Shown piece by piece: positions 31,245 to 38,572 of a DNA stretch of 38,572 nucleotides. The DNA lies in NCBI GenBank assembly GCA_009778055.1, contig WRKN01000001.1, positions 1-38,572 on the forward strand, in the 5' to 3' direction. The stretch's first letter is position 1; each line of letters starts with the position of its first letter. This stretch comes from Synergistaceae bacterium (GTDB taxonomy: Bacteria > Synergistota > Synergistia > Synergistales > Aminobacteriaceae). Position numbers and translations under genes: made by a program. The notes under the pieces are model-generated. The model ran no database searches. It was not told where the DNA came from and saw only the letters and a list, made by a program, of their open reading frames with translations.

Positions 31245-33236
31245 TTAAGCGTCCGCAATGTTGCCTTTTTTAGCTTTGGCCGTCTGATACATATAGATGA
31301 CCGCAAGCAGGGTCAGCCCGGCAATATCCGACATTGTTCCCGGAATGAGGAGTCCCAGCGCGCCGACGAGCGCCAGTATACGAAAAAACCAGTTGATATT
31401 CGCTTTATAGTAGCCTATCGTACACATAGCGAGCAAGTAAACTCCGAGCAGCGCCGATATTACGGCTTGTATCATGTGTAAAGGCTCAGCGTCGACAAAG
31501 AGAAGGATGGGGTCATATACATAAATGTATGGAACCAGAAAACCCGCCAGGGCCAGCTTAAACGCGACGACTCCCGACTTCATAGGATCCGAGCCGGCGA
31601 TTCCCGCTCCCGCGTACGCCGCCAGCGCGACGGGTGGAGTCAAGTCCGCCGAGATGCCGAAGTAAAAGACGAACATGTAGGCCGCGATAGCGGGAACTTG
31701 CGCGGGGCCTTCAATTCGCATGATGGCCGGGGCGGCCATGGTGCTGGTGACAATGAAGTTGGCCGTCGTGGGCAAACCGGTTCCCAGAAGGATACTGGCG
31801 CACATGGTGAAAAAGAGCGTAAGCAGAAGGCTGCCCCCCGCGAGATCGACGATAGCGCCGGCGATGCGCAGCGCCAGACCTGTGAGGGTTCCCGTCCCTA
31901 CGACCATGCCAACGCAGGCGCAGGCGCAGGCCACCGCGAGAGCCCCCCGCGCGCCGGACTCGAAGGCCTCTGTCAGGCGTTTGGGCGTCAGGGCGGTTTC
32001 TTTGTTAAACCACGACAGGATGATGCTCGTCCATATGCCGGCGAATGCCGCCATAAGGGGCGTGTAACCGGCAAGCAGCAGATAGATGATGGCCGCCAGG
32101 GGAATCAGAAGGAAGCCTTTTTGTTTGAGAAGCGGCCAGATTTTCGGAAGCTGTTCACGCGGCAGTCCTTTGAGCGAGAGGCGGTTTGCCTCGAAATGAA
32201 CCTGAACCATAACGGCAAAGTAGTACAAAAGCGCCGGGATGATGGCGGCTATAGCCACTTCGATATAAGGCACTCCAAGAAACTGCGCCATGATGAACGC
32301 CCCCGCCCCCATCACCGGCGGCATGATTTGCCCTCCGGTCGAGGCCACCGCTTCGACGGCCGCGGCAAAATGAGGTTTATAACCGACACTCTTCATGAGA
32401 GGAATCGTGAACATTCCCGTTGTGCAGACATTGGCGACGGACGAACCGGATACTGTTCCCATCAGGCCGCTGGAGATCACCGCGACCTTTGCCGGGCCGC
32501 CCGTGGACCAGCCCGCCAGAGCCATCGAAAGGTCTATGACAAAGCGTCCCATACCGGTTTTTTCGAGCACGCTGCCGAACAGGATGAACATAAAGACAAA
32601 CGTCGAGGAGACCTCGAGCGGAGTGCCGAAAATGCCCTCTGTTCCGAGGTACATGTGGTTTACGATGCGAGGGACGCTGAAACCCCTGTGAATTAGCGCG
32701 GCGGGCATGAGCCTGCCGAAGTAGCAATAGAGCAGCGCTATCACGGCGAGACATGGCAGGATGGGATTCGATACCCGCCTCGTCGCCTCCAGCAGAGCGG
32801 CTATGAGTATAAAGCCCATGACGATATCCACCCTTGTCGGCAGTCCGGAACGCGTCATGGCGATGGTGTCCAGTTCCAGATACAAATACAGCAGCGGAAC
32901 GGCTGCGATTACCGCTAAAATGAAGTCGTAAACCGGGATTTTTGCTTTTTTGGGCATTCCGGGCTTTATTGGATACAGCAGAAAAACGATAACCAGGACA
33001 AGCCCCAGGTGAACCGCTCCCTGTTTCTGCGCGGGTAAAAGCCCCATCCCGGCAGTGTAGAAGTGGAAACACGAAAGCGCCACGCACAAAACCGTGATCA
33101 AGGTTAACTGCCATCCCGGCGGCGTTCGGAAGCGGGCCTCGGAGTCATACTTCCGCATCAGCCCGTCAAAATCAATGCCTTTGTTCTGTGCTGCCGAGGT
33201 GTCTGTGTCGGGCGCCGTACTTGGATTTTCATTCAT
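31245..33236 (-). CDS. TRAP transporter fused permease (4TM/12TM DctQ-DctM-like fusion), 663 aa
   Basis: This is a large polytopic protein directly upstream of the TAXI receptor gene. The length and arrangement are typical of TAXI-TRAP permeases. Confidence 0.88.
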   Translation of the reverse strand: MNENPSTAPDTDTSAAQNKGIDFDGLMRKYDSEARFRTPPGWQLTLITVLCVALSCFHFYTAGMGLLPAQKQGAVHLGLVLVIVFLLYPIKPGMPKKAKIPVYDFILAVIAAVPLLYLYLELDTIAMTRSGLPTRVDIVMGFILIAALLEATRRVSNPILPCLAVIALLYCYFGRLMPAALIHRGFSVPRIVNHMYLGTEGIFGTPLEVSSTFVFMFILFGSVLEKTGMGRFVIDLSMALAGWSTGGPAKVAVISSGLMGTVSGSSVANVCTTGMFTIPLMKSVGYKPHFAAAVEAVASTGGQIMPPVMGAGAFIMAQFLGVPYIEVAIAAIIPALLYYFAVMVQVHFEANRLSLKGLPREQLPKIWPLLKQKGFLLIPLAAIIYLLLAGYTPLMAAFAGIWTSIILSWFNKETALTPKRLTEAFESGARGALAVACACACVGMVVGTGTLTGLALRIAGAIVDLAGGSLLLTLFFTMCASILLGTGLPTTANFIVTSTMAAPAIMRIEGPAQVPAIAAYMFVFYFGISADLTPPVALAAYAGAGIAGSDPMKSGVVAFKLALAGFLVPYIYVYDPILLFVDAEPLHMIQAVISALLGVYLLAMCTIGYYKANINWFFRILALVGALGLLIPGTMSDIAGLTLLAVIYMYQTAKAKKGNIADA

Positions 33237-33330
33237 TGTATGTATCTCCCCCTCTTTTCTTCAATATAACATACCACACAGGCCGGTTCTTGAAAACGAT
33301 TTTCTTTGGAAGGACATCGGCGGAGTCAGT

Positions 33331-33358
33331 TTGACATAGCTTTTTTTTATGGTATTCT
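33331..33358 (+). promoter_or_regulatory. Candidate sigma70-type promoter for the tRNA gene (TTGACA - 16 nt - TATTCT)
   Basis: The -35 is a perfect TTGACA at 33331-33336 and the -10-like TATTCT lies at 33353-33358. The tRNA starts 25 nt downstream. Confidence 0.4.
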
Positions 33359-33382
33359 CTTGAAAGATTAATGGTATATTAA

Positions 33383-33458
33383 GGGCTTGTAGCTCAGCGG
33401 ATAGAGCGACGGCCTCCTAAGCCGTAGGTCGGCGGTTCGAGTCCGCCCAAGCTCGCCA
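33383..33458 (+). tRNA. tRNA-Arg (anticodon CCU)
   Basis: The cloverleaf was folded by hand. The acceptor stem GGGCTTG/CAAGCTC has one G-U pair. The D stem is GCTC/GAGC and the anticodon stem ACGGC/GCCGT with loop CT-CCT-AA. The T stem is GGCGG/CCGCC with loop TTCGAGT. CCA is encoded. Confidence 0.92.
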
Positions 33459-33495
33459 AACTTTAAAACTCCCTCTCACCTCCTAACACCAAAAA

Positions 33496-33517
33496 CCCGC
33501 TCTACAGCGGGATTTTT
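33496..33517 (+). terminator. Rho-independent terminator after the tRNA
   Basis: CCCGC-TCTACA-GCGGG is followed by ATTTTT. Confidence 0.65.
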
Positions 33518-33624
33518 GCTTTCCGGGAGCACCTGCTGACACCCTCTGAACCCCTCTATACTCTTGCGTTACTTCATATTCACCTGTTCAACCGCAAATA
33601 ACGCGGCTGACGCAGAAAAGGAAT

Positions 33625-34119
33625 CTACAATACCTTTTCAAATACCATGTAGGGATAATCTTGGCTTCCCAGAGTGGTTTTTGCTTCAACGAACATATCT
33701 ACAAAACCGTGCATTTTATAAAACTTTATTGCTCTTTCGTTATCTTTCAAAACATCAATTGTACATTTAGTGAACCCTTTATTCTGAATTTCCTTCTCAA
33801 TCTCACTGTAAAAGATGTGTCCTAATCCTTTACCGATTTTTTCCGGCAATAGATAAAGAGAAATCATATGGGTTTCGTTTTCTTGTTCTGATTTGCCTAA
33901 AATAGATGCTCCGACTATTTCTTGTTTTTCTTGTAACACCATAGCGAAAACAGAGTCACCGTTTAACGCCGTAGCTAAAAAATCAACCCAGTGGTCATTA
34001 CTGAGCGAATCAAGGTAATCGTCATCGACAATTCCTCGATACGCCGTTTTCCAACTTGCGGCCAATACATAGCTTATTTTCTCGATGTCCTCTGTGTGAG
34101 CTAATCGTACACTTATCAT
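33625..34119 (-). CDS. GNAT-family N-acetyltransferase (164 aa from the internal ATG)
   Basis: 'MISVRLAHTEDIEKI...' is followed by the acetyl-CoA motif region 'LYLLPEKIGKGLGHIFYSEIEKE' and 'NERAIKFYKMHGF'. Confidence 0.85.
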   Translation of the reverse strand: MISVRLAHTEDIEKISYVLAASWKTAYRGIVDDDYLDSLSNDHWVDFLATALNGDSVFAMVLQEKQEIVGASILGKSEQENETHMISLYLLPEKIGKGLGHIFYSEIEKEIQNKGFTKCTIDVLKDNERAIKFYKMHGFVDMFVEAKTTLGSQDYPYMVFEKVL

Positions 34120-34323
34120 CAGTTTCTTCCGGCTTATCACGATTTTCAGGGTGAACAAGTTTGAAACACCTGATACGCGTTGTAAACGCAACAAACGGCG
34201 ATACGGATACGTAGCGCATGACCAGTATACCAAATCCTGCCCGATGATTTACCCCCTTGACAATGTTACTCTGGGTATCTATGGTGTGCATGATGTTTAC
34301 TATCATAATATTGGTACTAAAAA

Positions 34324-35226
34324 ATGAAACTTGACCGATTGCTCGGCATCCTTACCCTCCTAATTCAAAAAGACCGCGTTACCGCTCCCGAATTAGCTGA
34401 AAAATTCGAGGTCAGCCGCCGCACAATCGGGCGCGACATCGACGCGCTTTGTATGGCTGGAATCCCCGTTGTAACCCATCAGGGAAGCGGCGGCGGTATT
34501 TCGATTGCCGAGGGTTTCAAGTTGGATAAAAGCGTTCTGACTACAGATGAGCTGGCCGGCATTATCGCCGCGTTGAAAGGAATCGGCAGCGTGTCGGAGC
34601 AGTCGAATGTCGAGCGCACCTTGGACAAACTTCACGCCAAATCCGACGCGGTTATTTCCATGCGCGAGCCTGTTATTATCGACCTTGCTTCGCATTACAA
34701 AGGACAGCTTACCGAAAAAATAGAACAGATAAAGCGCGCCGTTCTCGAAGGACGGCTTATTGAATTTGATTATTTCTACGAAAAAGGTCAGTCCCGCCGC
34801 CGCGTTGAACCGTATTTCGTTATTTTCCAATGGGCGGCGTGGTATGTGTTCGGGTTTTGCTTGGAGCGGCAGGATTGGAGAATGTTCAAACTGACGCGCC
34901 TGTGGAATTTGCGCTCATGTGACGAGTGTTATATACCTCGCGAAATCCCGCCGGACAAGCGGGATTTTAACGCGTGTTTCACCGGCGATATAAAGCTGAC
35001 GGCGTTATTTGACCCATCTGTAAAATATCAGCTTATTGAAACATATGGACTTGATTGTTATACCGAAACAGACGACGGGCTTTGTCTGGAAATCGGGTTT
35101 ACCAATCGCGATTATTTGATAAATTGGCTGCTTGGTTTCGGCGGCAAAGTTAAGGTGCTGGAGCCGCAGGACATTGCGGAAGACATTAAAAAAGCCGCCG
35201 AGAAAATTTTATCGCGTTACCAATAA
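34324..35226 (+). CDS. YafY-family transcriptional regulator (N-terminal HTH + WYL domain)
   Basis: 'RLLGILTLLIQKDRVTAPELAEKFEVSRRTIGRDIDAL' is followed by the WYL-region pattern 'RRVEPYFVIFQWAAWYVFGFCLERQDWRMFKLTRL'. An upstream TTGACA-17-TATGGT lies at ~34256. Confidence 0.88.
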   Translation: MKLDRLLGILTLLIQKDRVTAPELAEKFEVSRRTIGRDIDALCMAGIPVVTHQGSGGGISIAEGFKLDKSVLTTDELAGIIAALKGIGSVSEQSNVERTLDKLHAKSDAVISMREPVIIDLASHYKGQLTEKIEQIKRAVLEGRLIEFDYFYEKGQSRRRVEPYFVIFQWAAWYVFGFCLERQDWRMFKLTRLWNLRSCDECYIPREIPPDKRDFNACFTGDIKLTALFDPSVKYQLIETYGLDCYTETDDGLCLEIGFTNRDYLINWLLGFGGKVKVLEPQDIAEDIKKAAEKILSRYQ

Positions 35227-35302
35227 CTCAACTACCACCGGCTAAAGCCTTGGAGATATTTCGTTTGAAGATTTTCAGGGATTTTGTTATGACCGGTACG
35301 GT

Positions 35303-35494
35303 ATGCCTATTTCAAAAAACCAATATGATCTTCTTTTCAAAGCAAGTGGGTCCAGAGAACATTTTGACAAACTGCTTCGGGAAATGTTGGGAAACTGGGA
35401 AAACGGTAAAAATATTACAGATCAGCAAAAAGATTTTATACATCGGTATGCCGGCGATACGTCTTATTCCACGTATGCGCGTTTCGGTAAATAA
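35303..35494 (+). CDS. Hypothetical small protein (63 aa)
   Basis: Support is the ORF only. The SD is weak and no motif was recognised. Confidence 0.3.
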   Translation: MPISKNQYDLLFKASGSREHFDKLLREMLGNWENGKNITDQQKDFIHRYAGDTSYSTYARFGK

Positions 35495-35517
35495 ATTTGA
35501 CGGGGCCGCGAGCCCGG

Positions 35518-37338
35518 CTACTCCACCGTGACGCTCTTTGCCAGGTTGCGGGGTTTGTCGATATCCAATCCTTTATTGGCGGCCACGAAATACGCGAATA
35601 GCTGCAGCGCGACAACCGACAGCGAAGGCGAAAACAGCTCGTTTGTTTCCGGCAGTTCTATAACCGAAAGCTTTTTGTCAGTTTCATTCGCCCCGGCGGC
35701 CGGGCAGTTTCCTATCAGAAGCACCTTCGCGCCGCGGCTTATGACCTGCTCCACGTTGCTCATTATCTTGTCGTATAAGCGCTTGCAGTTGGAAATTGCC
35801 ACGACCAGCGTATTCTCTTCGATAAGGGAGATTGTTCCGTGCTTCAGCTCGCCGCCCGCGTATGCCTCGGAGTGGATGTAGGATATCTCTTTGAGCTTCA
35901 GGGAACCCTCGAGCGCGATGGCGTAATCAATGTTCCTGCCGATGAAAAAGATACTTTTACAGCCGACGCACGTGGACGCGTATTGCTGAATGAGGTCAAC
36001 CTGTTTCAGTATATCGTTTGCCTTTTCGGGCAGAGCCTTGATTTGCGCCAGCAGTTCGCGCTCCGCTTCCGGCGATAGTTTTTTTAGTTGAACGGCAAAG
36101 CGTATGGCCAGGATATACAGCAACACAAGCTGCGCGGAAAACGCCTTTGTCGTGGCGACGGCTATCTCGGGTCCGGCGGCTGTATATACGCAGAAATCCG
36201 ATTCCTTCGCGATAGTGCTGCCTATCACGTTTACTACGGACAGGGTGGCCGCCCCTTTGGATTTTGCTTCCCGCATGGCGGCGATGGTGTCCGCCGTTTC
36301 GCCGCTCTGGCTGACCAGAATGACCAGCGTTTTATCGTCTACGACGGCGTCTTTGTACCGGAACTCACTGGCAAGCTCCACCTCAACCGTAATCCCGCAT
36401 AACCTTTCAAAGACGTTTTTCGCGACGACTCCGGCGTTGTACGCGGAACCGCAGGCGGTGATTACCAATTTGTTGAACCTTGTGAAATCAAGGCTGTCGA
36501 TAATGGGTTTATTGTCTCCGGTATTTGCCGCGGACTGGAACGTGTCCTGCAGGACTTTGGGCTGTTCCATGATTTCCTTCAGCATGAAATGCGGGTAACC
36601 GCCTTTTTCCGCGCTGTCAAAACTCCATGTGATCGTCTCCGGCGTTTTTTGAATCGGCTCGTTGTCAAGGTTGAAAAACTGCACGGACCCTTTCCGCAGC
36701 ACGGCGATTTCCTTGTCGTTCGGATAATGGACCTGGTTCGTGTGCTTCAGCACGGCCGGGACGTCGGATGCTATGAACTGCCCGTGATCGGACACGCCGA
36801 TAATCAAGGGGTTGTCTTTTTTGATCGCGATAAGGGCGTCCGGTTCGTCAATGCACATGATTCCGAGGGCATACGAGCCTTCCAGCCTGTTTACTACCTT
36901 TATAACTGTCTCCATGATGTCCCCTTTGTAGTAGTATTCCGTAAGCTGGGCTATGACCTCGCTGTCTGTTTCCGATGTGAATTTGATCCCCCCGGCCTCC
37001 AGTTTTTCGCGCAGTTGCTTATAATTTTCAATGATCCCGTTATGGACGACCGCTATCTTGTTTTGATGGCCCAGGTGGGGATGTGAATTTTCGTTTGACG
37101 GTTCCCCGTGGGTGGCCCATCTTGTATGCCCGATGCCTGCAAAGCCTTTTATGGGGTTTTGCTCTATTTCACTTTCCAGCGCCTGCAATCTGCCTTTTCT
37201 TTTTACCACTTCAAAGCCGCCGCCCGAATAGACGGCAAGCCCCGCAGAGTCATAGCCTCTGTATTCCAGTTTTTTCAGGCCGTCAACAATGATGGGGACA
37301 GCATTTTCGCTGCCTATATAGCCAATAATGCCGCACAT
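35518..37338 (-). CDS. glmS: Glutamine--fructose-6-phosphate aminotransferase (isomerizing)
   Basis: The N-terminal nucleophile is 'MCGIIGYIG'. Two SIS domains follow, and the C-terminus is 'KPRNLAKSVTVE'. Confidence 0.97.
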   Translation of the reverse strand: MCGIIGYIGSENAVPIIVDGLKKLEYRGYDSAGLAVYSGGGFEVVKRKGRLQALESEIEQNPIKGFAGIGHTRWATHGEPSNENSHPHLGHQNKIAVVHNGIIENYKQLREKLEAGGIKFTSETDSEVIAQLTEYYYKGDIMETVIKVVNRLEGSYALGIMCIDEPDALIAIKKDNPLIIGVSDHGQFIASDVPAVLKHTNQVHYPNDKEIAVLRKGSVQFFNLDNEPIQKTPETITWSFDSAEKGGYPHFMLKEIMEQPKVLQDTFQSAANTGDNKPIIDSLDFTRFNKLVITACGSAYNAGVVAKNVFERLCGITVEVELASEFRYKDAVVDDKTLVILVSQSGETADTIAAMREAKSKGAATLSVVNVIGSTIAKESDFCVYTAAGPEIAVATTKAFSAQLVLLYILAIRFAVQLKKLSPEAERELLAQIKALPEKANDILKQVDLIQQYASTCVGCKSIFFIGRNIDYAIALEGSLKLKEISYIHSEAYAGGELKHGTISLIEENTLVVAISNCKRLYDKIMSNVEQVISRGAKVLLIGNCPAAGANETDKKLSVIELPETNELFSPSLSVVALQLFAYFVAANKGLDIDKPRNLAKSVTVE

Positions 37339-37379
37339 AATTTCATTCCTTTCTTCAAACGTTACAGTTCACATAAACC

Positions 37380-37414
37380 GTGGTTGCAATTTACACGATG
37401 TGAATTGTAACCAC
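37380..37414. promoter_or_regulatory. Inverted repeat (12-nt arms GTGGTTGCAATT / AATTGTAACCAC, 11-nt spacer, one mismatch) between glmS and the LysR gene
   Basis: The arms were checked by hand. The repeat lies 42 nt upstream of the glmS ATG on the glmS side of the divergent region. Confidence 0.45.
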
Positions 37415-37437
37415 CGTATGGCGAAAAATTTCATTGC

Positions 37438-37465
37438 TTGACTTTTTTTATATTCACAGTATAAT
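37438..37465 (+). promoter_or_regulatory. Near-consensus sigma70 promoter for the LysR-family gene (TTGACT - 16 nt - TATAAT)
   Basis: TTGACT lies at 37438-37443 and TATAAT at 37460-37465, ~55 nt upstream of the start codon. Confidence 0.6.
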
Positions 37466-37521
37466 AAGGTTGGCGCGATAAGTAAAATTAATGATACTTA
37501 TCATAACAATAAGGTGTGATG

Positions 37522-38421
37522 ATGTCAACGTATATTAACTTGGAATTGTATAGATTTTTTTGTGAAACGGCTAAAACCGGCAATGTAACGAAGGCCGCAG
37601 AAAGGCTTTATGTCTCGCAGTCCGCCGTTTCGCAGTCGATCATGCAGCTTGAGGACAAGCTCGGGTGCAAGCTTTTTAACCGCAACAAACGCGGCGTTCA
37701 ACTAACATCCGAAGGAGAGGTACTTTTTTCTTATGTGAGCAATGCGGTTTCATTAATTGAAAACGCGCAGGAAAAAATATCAAGGATGAAAAGCCTGCGC
37801 GACGGCGAAATAAAGATTGGCGCATCAGACACGGCGTGCAGCCTTTTTTTGTTGCCTTTTTTAAATAAATTCAATATGGAAAACCCCGATATCCATATTT
37901 CTGTCATAAACCGCACAAGCCGCGAGCTGATTAATCTTTTGAAAAACGGGACGGTTGATCTGTCTTTTATAACCCTGCCTCTTGATGAGGACGACGCTTT
38001 TGACATTACGCCTGTTATGCGGTTTCATGACTGCTTCGTCGCCGGGGCCAAATACGCGCATCTCGCGGATTCTCCGATCAGCCTCAGCGATCTGCAAAAA
38101 TATCCTTTGCTCATGTTGGACAAAAGCAGTAATTCCAGAAAACAAATAGATATCTTATTTCAAAACCGCGATCTGGAAATAAACCCCGCAATAGAATTGG
38201 AGAGCCTCGCGTTGCTTTCCGAATTCGCGAAAATGGGCCTTGGCATAGCGGTAACGATAAAAGAAGATGTGCAAAAAATGCTGGATAGCGGGGAGCTTTT
38301 TGAGTTGAGTTTTTTGGAGGCGCTGCCTATACGGGATCTCGGCATGGCGCAAATGACGAACCTTTCGCTGTCTTTCGCCGCGGAGGCTTTTAAAAAAGCC
38401 GTTTTGACGCAAATGAGGTGA
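37522..38421 (+). CDS. LysR-family transcriptional regulator
   Basis: The HTH is 'FCETAKTGNVTKAAERLYVSQSAVSQSIMQLEDKLGCKLFNR', followed by a periplasmic-binding-like effector domain. The start was chosen at the ATG 37522 (SD AAGGTG at 37511-37516); the ORF opens at the GTG 37516. Confidence 0.9.
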   Translation: MSTYINLELYRFFCETAKTGNVTKAAERLYVSQSAVSQSIMQLEDKLGCKLFNRNKRGVQLTSEGEVLFSYVSNAVSLIENAQEKISRMKSLRDGEIKIGASDTACSLFLLPFLNKFNMENPDIHISVINRTSRELINLLKNGTVDLSFITLPLDEDDAFDITPVMRFHDCFVAGAKYAHLADSPISLSDLQKYPLLMLDKSSNSRKQIDILFQNRDLEINPAIELESLALLSEFAKMGLGIAVTIKEDVQKMLDSGELFELSFLEALPIRDLGMAQMTNLSLSFAAEAFKKAVLTQMR

Positions 38422-38572
38422 GTCGCGTCGCTCAGAACTCACGGCTTCGGCTGGCCATAGCAATGCCTGGGTAATGGAAAAACAAGGAATATAAAGCTGT
38501 ATATCCAAAGCTGCAAAAATGTAGTATACTATTTGTAGTTAATTCAGAATTTAGTATAACCTATTGAAGCTT

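Noticed and set aside
33459-35517. I looked for a direct repeat of the tRNA-Arg 3' end (attR) and an integrase to define a genomic island.
   Set aside because: Visual scanning found no copy of GGTTCGAGTCCGCC or a similar sequence, and no recombinase ORF. Island status therefore remains compositional inference only.
37339-37515. I considered a glmS ribozyme in the glmS 5' leader.
   Set aside because: The leader is short and AT-rich, and I could not find the conserved ribozyme core segments. This is rejected provisionally pending cmsearch.

Overview
This is a bacterial chromosomal segment that spans the replication origin. Hand-counted 60-nt samples give about 60% GC in core genes and about 37-38% in three AT-richer islets. 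The backbone holds dnaA-dnaN-recF with DnaA-box clusters on both sides of dnaA. To the left on the minus strand lie an acyl-ACP thioesterase, trkA and trkH. Further core genes are ybaB-recR-ispDF, an oversized fliD, a fused membrane/spermidine-synthase-like gene, and lspA. There is also a translationally coupled ankyrin-msbA-lpxK(fusion) LPS operon, a BspA-type LRR surface protein, a TAXI-TRAP transporter operon with DUF1850, tRNA-Arg(CCU), glmS and a LysR regulator. LPS genes combined with Firmicute-like origin synteny and a Gly-Cys C-terminal sorting-like signal suggest a Synergistota-like diderm anaerobe; this is inference only. The accessory content falls in three places. (i) 31-4800: a 1004-aa SF2 helicase fused to a DUF45-type HExxH zincin motif and Sel1 repeats. 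It sits downstream of a switch-like cassette (XRE regulator, two small HTH/helix proteins, a perfect 26-bp palindrome, 45-nt direct repeats) and next to a decayed Bro-N-like gene fragment. (ii) 19.6-21.0 kb: a two-gene islet between trkH and the spermidine-synthase-like gene. It encodes an AbiEii/DUF1814 nucleotidyltransferase toxin homologue and an upstream 189-aa partner with no recognisable AbiEi/HTH features. (iii) 33.46-35.5 kb: a tRNA-adjacent islet with a GNAT, a YafY/WYL regulator and a small ORF. My best candidates for an undescribed system are (ii) and (i). All calls come from reading the ORF translations and DNA by eye; no searches were run.
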